DNA from: Eledone cirrhosa
Lineage: Eukaryota
Assembly (NCBI GenBank): GCA_964016885.1
Contig: OZ024742.1
Coordinates: 318,308,001 to 318,372,000, forward strand
Length of the DNA stretch: 64,000 nucleotides
Direction: 5' to 3'
Shown: piece by piece, positions 42,789 to 56,022 of the stretch
How positions within the stretch are numbered: the stretch's first letter is position 1
Layout of the letters: every line of letters begins with the position of its first letter
Made by a program: the position numbers and the translations under genes
Notes under the pieces: generated by a model
Told to the model about the DNA's origin: nothing
What the model saw: only the letters and a program-made list of their open reading frames with translations
Database searches by the model: none

Positions 42789-44456
42789 ATGTATATGACA
42801 TGACATTAAGCAGACTTTATCTCAATGTACCATAGATCTTATAGATATATATGACATGTCATTAAGCAGACTTTCTCTCAATGTACCATAGATCTTATAG
42901 ATATATATGACATGACGTTCATCAAGCTTTCTCTCAATGTACTGTAGATCTTATAGATATATATGACATGACGTTCACCAGACTTTCTCTCAATGGACCA
43001 TAGATCTTATAGATATATATGACATGTCATTAAGCAGATTTTCTCTCAATGCACCATAGATCTTATAGATATATATGACATGACGTTCATCAAGCTTTCT
43101 CTCAATGTACTGTAGATCTTATAGATATATATGACATAACGTTCATCAGGCTTTCTATCAATGTACCATAGATCTTATAGATATATATGACATAACGTTC
43201 ATCAGGCTTTCTATCAATATACCATAGATCTTATAGATATATATGACATAACGTTCAACAGACTTTCTCTCAATGGACCATAGATCTTATAGATATATAT
43301 GACAAAACGTTCAACAGACTTTCTCTCAATGTACCATAGATCTTATAGATATATATGACATGACGTTCATCAGGCTTTCTCTCAATGGACCATAGATCTT
43401 ATAGATATATATGACATGACGTTCATCAGGCTTTCTCTCAATGTACCATAGATCTTATAGATATATATGACATGACGTTCATCAGGCTTTCTATCAATGT
43501 ACCATAGATCTTATAGATATATATGACATGACGTTCATCAGGCTTTCTCTCAATGTACTGTAGATCTTATAGATATATATGACATGACATTAAGCAGACT
43601 TTCTCTCAATGTACCATAGATCTTATAGATATATATGACATGACATTAAGCAGACTTTCTCTCAATGGACCATAGATCTTATAGATATATATGACATGAC
43701 GTTCATCAAGCTTTCTCTCAATGTACCATAGATCTTATAGATATATATGACATGACGTTCATCAAGCTTTCTCTCAATGTACCATAGATCTTATAGATAT
43801 ATATGACATAACGTTCAACAGACTTTCACTCAATGTACCATAGATCTTATAGATATATATGACATAACGTTCAACAGACTTTCTCTCAATGTACCATAGA
43901 TCTTATAGATATATATGACATGACGGTCATCAGGCTTTCTCTCAATAGACCATAGATCTTATAAATATATATGACATGACGTTCATCAGGCTTTCTCTCA
44001 ATGTACCATAGATCTTATAGATATATATGACATGTCATTAAGCAGACTTTCTCTCAATGTACCATAGATCTTATAGATATATATGACATGACGTTCATCA
44101 GGCTTCCTACTCAATGTACCATAGATCTTATAGATATATATGACATGACGTTCATCAGGCTTTCTCTCAATAGACCATAGATCTTATAGATATATATGAC
44201 ATAACGTTCATCAGGCTTTCTCTCAATGTACCATAGATCTTATAGATATATATGACATGACGTTCATCAGGCTTTCTCTCAATGTACCATAGATCCTATA
44301 GATATATATGACATAACGTTCAACAGACTTTCTCTCAATAGACCATAGATCTTATAGATATATATGACATGACGTTCATCAAGCTTTCTCTCAACCTACA
44401 GTAGATCTTATAGATATATATGATATGACGTTCATCAGACTTTCTCTCAACGTACC
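42789..44456. repeat. 56-bp minisatellite, ~30 copies, with interspersed variant units
   Basis: Consensus ATATATATGACATGACGTTCATCAGGCTTTCTCTCAATGTACCATAGATCTTATAG. Confidence 0.95.
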
Positions 44457-44563
44457 CTGTATCCCACAGGACCAGCTTTGATACTTCCTCTTCTGGATGT
44501 CATGCACTTTCTTATAATGATTAAGGCTCGATTTTATTCTCTCAATTCTATCTTGAGCTGTCT
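44456..44563 (-). CDS. Candidate host exon (TAQDRIERIKSSLNHYKKVHDIQKRKYQSWSCGIQ)
   Basis: Open frame between a weak acceptor (ttgtctctgaag) and donor CAGG|gtacgt. No homology recognised. Confidence 0.3.
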
Positions 44564-44639
44564 TCAGAGACAAGACATATGTTTGATATGTTTGATTTTG
44601 TATCATTCATGACTCCCTTTACTTTGAAAGTAATAATAA

Positions 44640-44745
<106 letters not shown>

Positions 44746-44760
44746 CTCATTTACACAGAC

Positions 44761-45017
44761 GAGAAAACTATATATTCTCGACTGTTTTCAAGTCAAGCAG
44801 TAGCAAGCGGTGGGAGGGACCGTCCTCAAGAAGGCCAGTCAAGCCTGAAATGCATAGACGCTTCTCCCCCTTGCTTCTGCTGGACACCACCAGTGGGCGT
44901 CAGCCCCCGGTGTTTGCATAGCTACGGCTTCCTAAAACCGTGTTTCTTTAGAAATACGAAATTTCTATACATTTTTGTATAAAGCTATGCTTGAAGCGAA
45001 ATCTTATTTCTCTTTTA
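44761..45017 (+). mobile_element. Hammerhead-bearing non-coding element in (TA)n (ribozyme 44821-44860 has G5>C)
   Basis: Homologous to 62615-62882; a palindromic 3' derivative lies at ~47645-47805. Confidence 0.75.
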
Positions 45018-45039
45018 TATATATATATATATATATATT

Positions 45040-45791
45040 TAGGGAAGCAGGAAAATGCTTATTGTGATCCAGTTCGTGTAACTACCCTTAACTACCCTTG
45101 CAAACAAGACCTGGCAACTGAGGGAAAGTAACCACCAATACACCCTGAAGTGGAAACAATTATCGAACGCGCCCCCATATTGGAGTGGTATAAGAAGCTG
45201 TCGATTATGTGACCTTGAGCTGTTCCACATTTTGAGTTCGAAGAATAAGTTACTCAACAATAAAATCGAAAGATCAATTTATTGTAACCATAGACTCAAA
45301 GAAAAGTGTTCGCACTACAAGTTCAAATCGAACCCTTAACCTCTTACTACCACCTGACAAACTGCATATACTTAGACTTTCTATCCTCTTATTGTATCTA
45401 ACCCCTTTAATTACCCACAAAACCCAATACCTATATCCCTCCCTTCTCCTTCATTCCTTTTCTATTTCTTTTCGCTTTCTTCCTTTTTCTCTCCCTTTTT
45501 TGGCTATCTTTTCTCATCTTCTTTCTCCCCCCCCCCTTCTTTATTTTTATTTTTATTTTTTTATATATATATTTATCTCTCTATATCCCCCCCCCCCCTC
45601 TCTCTCTCTCTCCATCCCTCCCACTATAAACAATTTAATTCTCTTTAACTCACTACAATCTAAATTGACGACATGTGAAGTCTACGCACCAAAACTGATC
45701 AAGGAATCCTTCCACCTCTACCCCTCCCTCCATCTCAGTTTGTCACGCTACTTCCTAACTCTTCTCCCCCTTCCTCCCTCTCTATACTATT

Positions 45792-45832
<41 letters not shown>

Positions 45833-46085
45833 CAGCTTTCTAATTCCTCTTCCTCTCTCTCTATACTAGTAAATACAATTCAAAAAAATGTTTTTCTCTA
45901 TATATTAAGAACTTTTTAAGAGTAACTTACTCACTATTTTGAAAATTTGGACGTGAACAACAACTATCATTGAGTGGCTGCTATTTGCAGTATAGCAATA
46001 TAAGGTTGCACTTACCAATGAAACGGTCGTAAATACCTGGATAAAATCCTTTTCTTAATGCTTACCTGTGTTTTCTCTTTTATAC
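45040..46085 (+). mobile_element. PLE 3' fragment (GIY-YIG C-terminus 45091-45339 plus UTR)
   Basis: TTLANKTWQLRE..YTLKWKQLSNAPPY..SCRLCDLELFHIL..LLNNKIE..CNHR; same motif pattern as the 40461 fragment. Confidence 0.7.
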
Positions 46086-46202
46086 TATATATATATATAT
46101 TAAAATAACAGATTAATATTTGCTCTACGGTTCTTATATATTTGATATATATTTATCCTTATCGAGCCCTCTTTGGATTTTAGTCTTCAAATTTATTATT
46201 AT

Positions 46203-46242
<40 letters not shown>

Positions 46243-46245
<3 letters not shown>

Positions 46246-46633
46246 AGTGAAGAATAACACGGGTAGGCTGTACACTAGTGATTATTTAAGTATTAACAAA
46301 TGTATTTTAAGAATTTGGTTGGCTGTCAACAGTACAACAATAATTGAAATCAAGTGCCGCGACATACGGTGAACAGCGGTTTTTGGACACACCGGACTAA
46401 TGAAACATTTGTTAATACTTGAATAAGCCCTACTGTACAGCTGACCTGTGTTATTCTTCACTCCTTTATTATTAATACTGCAGGAACCGCTTACCTAAGA
46501 ACTAGTTGGAATCGACCACCCGAGCACCACAATTAAGTAAGCATCTTCAAACAACGCCGAACGTTAGAACTATCCTCGACACAGAGTACTCATAACCTCT
46601 ACTTGGATTGCCTTAAACGATACATCGTTAACT

Positions 46634-46638
<5 letters not shown>
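46243..46638. mobile_element. Palindromic pLTR-like element in (TA)n
   Basis: Arms 46243-46302 and ~46404-46466; the right arm starts in GAAACATTTGTTA. Confidence 0.65.
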
Positions 46639-46687
<49 letters not shown>

Positions 46688-47428
46688 TCTATGTGTGCGT
46701 GCTATATTGTGAATATGTATATATGTATGTAACGTCATTTGTTTTAAGTATTCCATTTCCGAAAGTTACTTTCTTTTGTATTGTAAGTTTAAGAGTTTCA
46801 TTTCCTTAAGGCGGGAAATCCTTACCTACTTCGGAGCATAGAATGTGAAATATGTCGAATGTACTCCATTGTAGTTGCTTTATTGGAAGTGCCTGCCATC
46901 GAAATATATAGAAACAATGCTACTGCAGATATAACTAGGTCAATGGACTTTCTTTGGGCGCCGTATTCTTTATGCGAGTGTAATAGACATATTGTAAAAT
47001 ATTACTTGAAAAAGACGAGCTATATATCGAATACAAAGATATATGAAGGCGTGTTGATTAATTGTGGGCGGAGAAAAATACGTAATAAATACGAAGCCAT
47101 ATAATGGATGAAATATTATGTGAAATTAAAGAGAGAAAAATTGTGTAACAACGAATAAAGAAGATGTTTAATTGATTGAATAAAGAAGAGGCTTAGAATA
47201 GAATAGAAGTTTAGAATAGAAATTTAGAATAAATTAGAATGAAGAAGAAATTCAATTGATTGGTATAAAAACATGAAAATTAATGATTTTTACAGAAGAC
47301 ATTACAGAAGACATTAAGTTGTAATGGTGGATATTTTGCAGTGAAGAAATAGAATTAACATATGAAAAGAGTATTTGGGAGAATTTAGAACAAAAGAAGT
47401 CATTAGAGAAAACTTAACAGTGTAAGGA

Positions 47429-47464
<36 letters not shown>

Positions 47465-47538
47465 ATAATAATAAATTTGAAGATCCCGTTAAGGGTGAAA
47501 GCAGCGATTCTTTGCTTAAACTTTAATCTGTTATTTTA

Positions 47539-47598
<60 letters not shown>

Positions 47599-47815
47599 GA
47601 ATTAGCATTTGGTTTCATGCATAGCTGTTTACATATATGTATTGAAATTTCGTATTTCTAAAGAAATACAGTATGTTTATGGATAAACATTTAGAAAGCC
47701 GTTGCTTTCTAAATGTTTATCCAGAGGACGATAGCCCCGGTGTTTTGCATAGCTACGGCTTTCTAAATGTTTATCCATAAACATACCGTATTTCTTTAGA
47801 AATACATATATATAT

Positions 47816-48008
47816 GAGAGAGTATGACCCCGACGGCAGAGCTCAAGCCGTTTCGACGGCTATTTCTGGACCCAGAAATAGCCGTCGAAACGGCTTGAGC
47901 TCTGCCGTCGGGGTCATACTCTCTCCTATTACCCACTCTACTACCCTAAGTATTGAGTACTCTGGTGCGTTATGGTCCATCTCGTTCCTTACCACAACTC
48001 CTCCGTTA
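47816..48008. mobile_element. Palindromic element in (TA)n; arms 47816-47925
   Basis: Centre TCTGGACCCAGA at ~47870; CGAAACGGC on both arms. Confidence 0.8.
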
Positions 48009-48721
48009 TATATATATATATATATATATATATAGGAGAATAAACAACCAAAATTATTGAAAAAATATTTTTTTGTTTACAATTGTTTCAGAAGACAAAA
48101 TCACAATTCGATCCATATATATTATAAAGAAGCGAGACGGTTATTGTATACATCCTCTGTTTATTATATCATTCTGTTATGCACATTTTTAAAGATATCA
48201 AAGTGATGGCATAATAACCCTTGGACGTGTTTTCATCAGACAAGTGTTAAGTTCTGATAATTTTGTTTTTCATATACTTGCCCATAGTTTGTTACATGAA
48301 GATAGCAGTTCGGCTACAAGTGAGCATGTGATGTACAGAACGTTGACTGTGGCCAAACAAAGTGTGGGAGATACTGCCTTGTATTAAAAATCTGGTGTTG
48401 GTCACTAGACTGAGGTGTAAAATGACTGATAAATTTACTTATTTATTTATGTTAATAACTGTTGACACCGCATTCAGAATCCAAGAATGTTGTCACGCTT
48501 CTCTGTGTTGTATATTGGGGTGAGTGTGTGTGTAATCTTAATGGGTGGGGTATATAGAAATTTTAGTGACCGCGTGTTCAAGGTTTGAGAAAAGATGTGT
48601 AAATGCATACGTTCACCCCCGCCCCCGCACACACGTACCCCCTCCCCAGACAACATGCGCGTGCTCACATAGATGTACGGGTATATAAGCAAGAATATAT
48701 ATATATATATATATATATATT

Positions 48722-49541
48722 AGTATGTATACGTACATACATATATGTATACAGACGTACAGTAGTATGTATATACATACATGCACACATATATATATGT
48801 ACGTATGGGTTTATCGAACATTTATAATGCTCGGTTTATTAGCCGTACAGTGTTCGGCAACCATTGTTGCCCTTTTGTTCAACACTGACAAAGGAACGAT
48901 GAACTAGTTTTTAGCTTATTAGCTGTCATCAGCACCGTATACCTTCCTGTCAGCCGATTGAACGTTTGAAAGTATATACTTTCCTTATGCATATTAACGG
49001 CTGAGCAGCCTAATTTGTATATCGAGTGAGTTAGTCGGCCAGGCGTACCGAAAATGATAAATGGAAAAAATGAAATAAGATTGAGAAATGAAATTTCATT
49101 TTTTCCATTTATCGTTTTCGGTACGCCCGGCCGACTAACTCACTCGATATGCAAATTAGGCTGCTCAGCCGTTAATATGCATAAGGAAAGTATATACTCT
49201 CAAACGTTCAATCGGCTGACAGGAAGGTATACGGTGCTGATGACAGCTAATAAGCTAGAAACTAGTTCATCGTTCCTTTGTCAGTGTTGAACAAAAGGGC
49301 AACGATGGTTGCCGAGCACTGTACGGCTAATAATTCGGGCTGTTTGTTTAAGAAACAAACCGAGCATTATAATAAATGTTCGGTAAACCCATACGTACAT
49401 ATATATATATATGTGCATGTATGTATATATATATACATACTACTGTACGTCTGTATACATATATGTATGTACCTATACATACTTATATTTAAGTATCAGC
49501 CGTACTAAGAGTGAGAAATGAAATTTCATTTTTTCCATTTA
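48722..49541. mobile_element. ~820-bp head-to-head element: inverted arm plus 430-bp terminally redundant monomer, with two hammerheads
   Basis: Arms ~48722-49077 and 49093-49483; direct repeat GAGAAATGAAATTTCATTTTTTCCATTTA at 49083 and 49513. Confidence 0.85.
49231..49273 (+). ncRNA. Minimal type-I hammerhead (mirror copy 48896-48938 minus has G12>A)
   Basis: ACGGUG-CUGAUGA-CAGCU/AAUA/AGCUA-GAAAC-UA-GUU^CAUCGU. Confidence 0.72.
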
Positions 49542-49614
49542 TATATATATATATATTTCGTTTCTGAATTTGTTTAGCAAGATTCTTATTGGCAACATGA
49601 CCCTCCCAAAGTAT

Positions 49615-49743
<129 letters not shown>

Positions 49744-49918
49744 GTATTTCCGTCGGAAATGTACAGGAAAAAAGAGTGCTCTATGTAGGCTACAGGGCTT
49801 ATTAGTTATATAACTATATATATATATAAAGTGTGTGTGTGTGTTTGTATACACACATACATATATATAAATAAATATATATGTATACATATATAATACA
49901 CACACACACACACACACA

Positions 49919-49971
<53 letters not shown>

Positions 49972-50799
49972 TAAATAGGTGTGTGCGTAAGTGTGAGCGT
50001 ATGTATCTGTGTGTGTGCACGCGAGCATGTAAGTATTCCAACGGTCGGTGACGTCATATCATTTTTCTATGGCTTTCTTTGCCGTACCGTTATATAGAAG
50101 AAATGAAAGACTTTGAGCGGAAGATCTACAAATCAGTGACAGAGAAACTTCTTAGTTTATGATCAACTGTGTCCTTGCTTTGGCTTAGTCTTTACCAATT
50201 AGGTACCGACACATTAGTACATATTTCCGGTACACTTGGAACTAAAAGATTTTACTGAAATCTTTCATTTCTTTCTGTATGTGTGTATATATGCATGTAT
50301 GTATGTGTGCGTGTGTGTGTGTGTATGTTTGTGTATGTGTGTATGTGTATATATGCGTGTGCGTGATTGGGTTAATAAGCTCCAGTTATGGTATGGTTTC
50401 TACCGGTAGATGTCCTTCCTAACGCCAACCACGTTACAGAGTGTACTGGAATCATTTTATTTTGACACAGGCACTAATAACTAACAGACACACGTGTTTT
50501 TTTCTTTAAAACATGTTCTTCTGCTTCTTCCTCTTCTCACTCTCTCCTCTATTTTCTATTTCATCTTTTATTTCTCATTCTATCATCTGATGAAAGACTA
50601 GCGTTCGAAAGGTAAATACTCTTTTCCTATCATATCAAGTATTAAACTAATATATGGGTTCATTTTACTGTATTGTTTGCTTTGTTGTCTTCCGTTTACT
50701 TTTCGCAAATATATATGGTGCAAATATATGTGGCGGTGCCACAGCATGGCTCAGCCTGTCGGCTGGAACACGTAATAGAGTAATATATGTATAACACCC

Positions 50800-50871
<72 letters not shown>

Positions 50872-51242
50872 TGTACGTGCACGTACACACCCAAGACCAT
50901 ATGCTTTACATTGTAGAATATGAACTGTATTAGAGAGGACATTAAAGTCTGGATAAAAATATACTTGTGACATAGTTTCGATTCTCAGCCATAAACTCTT
51001 CATTTCACCTATGTAATTAACACCAAGCAGAGGGGTCCATGAACCTCTATGCGACTACTCCTTGTGCAAGAAATGCCAGACAAATCTCGCTCATATCAAA
51101 CCAAATGAGGACACATTAGATATTAATGAAACATAATCTCAACATCGGTGTATTTCGGATAGGGAGAATACCTTGTTGTCTGGAAGCTGCACCCATAGGG
51201 ATAGACGGGTACACTGGTTCTAATACATAGAATAAAAATAAT

Positions 51243-51492
51243 CAGGGGCGGTGGAAGCATTTCTGAATGAGGGGAAAGGGCAATTTGGTCAATTTAGCTG
51301 TAGTGTTTAATTTAGCTGTTATTATCAAATATCAACCAAGATATAAAAAAACTTCGATATGCGATAAACAACATGTACATAAATTGTAGCGCATATACAA
51401 ATAGATGTGTTTTGGTAGTTTGGGGAGAAAAATATAATTATTGGGGATTGCCATGGCCACCCAGCCCCCTTCCCCCAGTTCCACCGCCCCTG
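51243..51492. mobile_element. MITE with CAGGGGCGGTGGAA TIRs; related fragments at ~51934-52060 and ~59398-59575
   Basis: Perfect 14-bp TIRs; no clear TSD. Confidence 0.65.
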
Positions 51493-52607
51493 CAGTAACA
51501 CTAAGTAAAAGAGTATAAACGTCACAACTCACATTTCCTTTCAGATGGAAGAACACTTAAGGTTTCATGCTTCTGAGTACATACAACAAATTGGATGGAC
51601 AGAACGAACTATAGTTTTTATGCAGTGATAGTATCTTTAGTCGATCAGTGATATTTGATAAAGTTATTAGTAAGAGGAAATATACTACGTCAGTGGGATT
51701 ATTGGACTACAATTGAAAAACGTGTGAACCTGTAATATAACTTTATATAGTTAACCTGGTGGAATATGGTGAGTCCTCCATCGGTTTCGACGATGAGCAT
51801 TAAGTCGTTCTACTGGATGTCAGATACGTGTAAGTTAACCAATCTACAGACTCGTGTACTCTTAACGTTAATTCTCAGTAAAATCATCAAAACACAAAGT
51901 TTTACAAAGCTGCACCTTTGAATTACAGATACACCAGGGGTGGTGGAACTGGGGGAGGGCGGCATGCCACCGCCACCCCCAATAATTATATATTTTCTTC
52001 TCAAACTACCAAAATACACACCTATTTGTATCTGCGCTACAATTTATGTACATGTTATGTAGAGACAGATGGGAGAGATAGATATAGATATAGAGAGGGG
52101 GAGAGTTTGGTGGTAATTGATATAGAGAGGAAGGTTGGGAGAGTGTGATGTATATTCGATATAGAGATTGATGCTTATTGATATAGAGAGAGGAATTTGA
52201 AGAGAGTTCCGTGTAGTAGATATAGAGAGGGGAAGAGTTTGGTGTTTATTGATATAAAGAGGAGGGTTGGAAGAGAGTTCCGTGTAGTAGATATAGAGAG
52301 GGGGATTGGAAGAGAGTTCCGTGTAGTAGATATAGAGAGGGGAAGAGTTTGGTGTTTATTGATATATATTTCTATTTATTTGCCACCAGGGCATCAAAGA
52401 TTGGGACAAATACAAAGGGGGGAGTTTACATACATTTAAAAAGACGTGTAAAAAACATATAACAAATTAAATTTAACAATCGATGTCCTCAATAGGGAGG
52501 GGCGTTGACATGGGTCGCACACACCCCCGAAAAAATGTGCAACCCTCCTCTTCGGGAGCACAAAGAGCGGGTGCTTCCTTCCTCTTCTCATTCTTCTCCT
52601 CTCTCAC

Positions 52608-55600
52608 CTACAGGCTGATATAAAGAGAAGGCCCATTCACTCGGGCCATTCTCGTTACTTTCACCCATCTTTCATAAAACTTGCTGGGGTAGAGCACCTC
52701 TCTCTCCATTCTGATCCTTCTTCTAAAGTGATACTTGAAAAAAAAGACCAGTTGTTGGCCGGAGAGAAAGGTGTCTGACCTCAGCCCTTTCAACCTTGTC
52801 CACCATACAACTTCTTTCGCCATGACTATCACACAGAGGAAAACCGCCTCTCCTTCGTTTTTGAAAGGGGGAGGCGGTTTGATTGTGACAATGTTCTCGG
52901 TGGTCAACCGGATTGGTCCCACCCGCGACAGTAGTCGTCATAGCCCCACAGGTCAGCAACGCCCGGGCAGTGTACGAATGCGTGTGCGACGGTTTCCTCG
53001 TCACGCACGCATCTTGGACAGATCTTCTTCGAGGGGTCCCTACCCGGGCGCCCGTGTCTGTAGAGCTTGTCCCGAACGGGTAGAGCTCCTCGGTAACATT
53101 GCCAAGCCAGGGACTTTTGGAAGTTGTCCATCGGTCCCGGGCCAAACGTCCTACCGAACAGACTGGCCAGCTCGTCTTCCTCCATGCCCAGAGCATCTCC
53201 GAGAGCGTCGTCGCACTTACTGCGTACCAACCCTCTATAGAATGTTGAGGTTGAGTCTCCACTGATTGCCGGATCCGCTTGCCAGAGGGCCGTGAGCGCC
53301 TGGGCACATTCAATGTGCCAGTCGCCCACTTTTCTCGGTCTTTGCTTGACCCAGGATTGCAGCTCGGTGAGTGAGACGAGTCTCGGAAAGGCTCGCCTCA
53401 CAAACAGGGCCCACACCGGCTGACCGGTGAGGAATACCTGGAGGTGCCGTAGCCTTAATGCGTGTCTACGCATCGTCAGCCACGGCATCCCCAGCCCTCC
53501 GTTCGAAGGGTGTTGACAGCAGATGGATCTTCTCACCAAAGGAGCCCGCTTCTTCCAAAGAAATCGGAAGAGCGCGCGCTCCATTTTGGCGAGTGTTTTC
53601 TCTGGGCAAGGCACGACGGTCAAGCGGTAGTAGATGACGGACGCTATATAAGCGTTCGCCACCTCCGCTCGACCTTTCAGGGATACTTTGCTCTCGGCCC
53701 ACTTCTGGGCGAGTGCAAACACCTTGCCCGTTACCTCGTCCCAGTTTTTCTCCACCTGGAGGTCCGGTCCGAACCAGACCCCGAGCAGCTTCACCGGTCC
53801 CTCCGTCCAGCGTCCAACGATGCCGTCGGAGGGCATCGTTTTGCCCCTCCACGTCCCGAGCTGCAAACCGACGGACTTGTCCCGGTTCAGCTTGGCTCCT
53901 GTGAACCTTTCATATTCCTCCAGTAAGGTGCCGACCTGCCCGATTTCCGAGGCGCACGACACCATTACTGTCACGTCATCGGCGTAGGCCGACACCGCTT
54001 TCCGCAATCCCGGTTCCAAGGGGATGCCCTGCAACAGCTCCAGCTTCCGCAGTAGTGTCTCGAGAGCCAGCACATACAGGAGGGAGGAGAGAGGGCATCC
54101 CTGTCGAATGGATCGCGTGATTTGGAACGGCTCCGAGAGGTAGCCGTTCACCTTGACCCTCGAGCAGGTGTTGCTGCTGTGCATTGCAGCAATCCAGCCC
54201 CTGAAAACGGGTTCGAAGCCTGCCGCCGCGAGCACCGCATCCAGGTACCGATGGTCAACCCTATCGAACGCTTTAGATTGATCGAAGTTGATCAGGGCCC
54301 CACCAAAGCCGGGTTCGTTCCCTACCCTCTCTACGATGTATCGCATGAGGTGGAGGTTGTCGTGTATGGACCTGGACGGGATTGCGCATGTCTGCGCTTC
54401 TCCCACCAGGTTCCCGACGACAAGCACCAACCTCTTCGCTAACACCTTGGCCAAAATCTTTAACTCTGTGTTTAGCAGAGTTATGGGCCTGAAGTTATCT
54501 ATGCCATCCCCCTTGTTCTCGTCCTTCCTCACCAGCGTGACTACGCCCTTGGTCACAGAACTGGGAATTCTCCCGTTCTGTTGCCAGTTGCAGTAGACAT
54601 AAAGTTCGTATGGTAGACCATCGAGACCCGGAGATTTGCGTTTGCCGCATTGGCTCAGCGCTTCCCCTATTTCAGCGGCTGAAATCGGCCTCTCGCAGGA
54701 CTTCGCCTCCCCGTCCGAGAGCCGCGCCAGACCGTCGAGGTATGGACCGAAATCCATGGCCCCACCCGGCCCGCCGCCCCTCCCGAACAGTCGTGCAAAG
54801 CGCTGTTGAAAGGCCGCGCTCATCCGCTCAGGTTCGAGGATCACGCGTCCATCCTGGTCCTTCAAAGACCGAATCGTGGACTTGTTTCCACTTTTTGCCT
54901 CTGTCACTCGGGCCCAGCTAACAGCTTTGGCTCCCTCGTTACCCAGAGCACGTATTTTACTCCTGACAACACAGCCCTCGTGCTTCGCATCAAAGAACTG
55001 GTCTAGGGCCGTTCTTGACGCCAGCACGCCGGCCACGTTTCCACTCCTAATCGCCTCTTCTACTCTATTTGTTAATTCCCTTTCAGTTCTATTCCTATCT
55101 GATGCTAATTCCCGACTAAAACCTATCGATTCTATTCTAATTTCTCTCTTGAGAGAGCCCCACCACCTGTTGTTGACAATTGCCCCCGTCAAACGCTGCT
55201 TAACTAGTGTGCTAATCCGCTTACTGTAAGCTTTGTTTGTCGGTAAAGACAAGTTTAGCTTCCAGTAACCGGGTCCCTGTCTATGAGTTCTATCAAGGTT
55301 GACCACTCCGGTCACCAACTTGTGATCCGAATAGTCAACCATGAACATTCGTGGACAGCTTAATATGTCCCTATCCTTATTTCTAACTAGGAACTTATCT
55401 AGGTACGACCTAGATGTTCCGCTGCGATTACTCCACGTCCACCGTGGCACAGTCGGAAAATCTAGTCGATATCTATCGGCCAGATCAAATCGGCCGATTA
55501 ATCGTTTGAGGCTGTTACACCCCCCTCTATCGGGACATGCCCCTACATAGTCCCAACGTGCATCCAGGATACCATTCCAGTCCCCCACTAAAAGCAAGGA

Positions 55601-55980
55601 GCGAGACGTTCCCAGGAAATTCTCCAGGCGTCGGAAGAAGTCCGGTCGCGGTGTCCCAGCCTGAAAGCTCCGCCTTCACCACTGCCGACGTCTAAAACCA
55701 CCAGTCGACCCTCCGGGTCCAGGTGTACCTTCTGTGTGGCAAGACCCAGGTATTTTCGCAGCAGAACGACAACCCCACCCCCACCCCTCGGCTGACAGAG
55801 AGATGCGTAGATCTCAAAGTCGTCGAAGATGGGGGCCAGTTGGCGCTCGCTGCTGATCCTGGACTCGCAAATAACCATTACATCCACTCTGTGCGACCTG
55901 AGGTCATTTAAAAGTTTGCCCTGTTTCCAGGACATCCCCAAGCCGCGTGCATTCACACATCCGACTCTTATATTGGCCAT
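52608..55980 (-). pseudogene. Tx1 ORF2 (APE-RT-CCHC) in three frameshifted pieces
   Basis: ORFs 55588-55980, 52904-55597 and 52608-52922; GCVNARG, GDWNG, SDHK, YADD. Confidence 0.92.
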
Positions 55981-56022
55981 GTTGGTGCTGAAGAGGTAAA
56001 AAGGAAGAGGAAAGGAAATTAC

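Noticed and set aside
42789-44456. CRISPR-like array
   Set aside because: The variable parts are a few recurring alleles of one sequence, not unique spacers; no cas genes; eukaryotic context.
42789-44456. Tandem hammerheads on the minus strand (CUGAUGA..hairpin..GAAA in many units)
   Set aside because: Only 2 nt separate GAAA from the next CUGAUGA, so stem III, NUH and stem I cannot form. The opposite strand is not a matching substrate.
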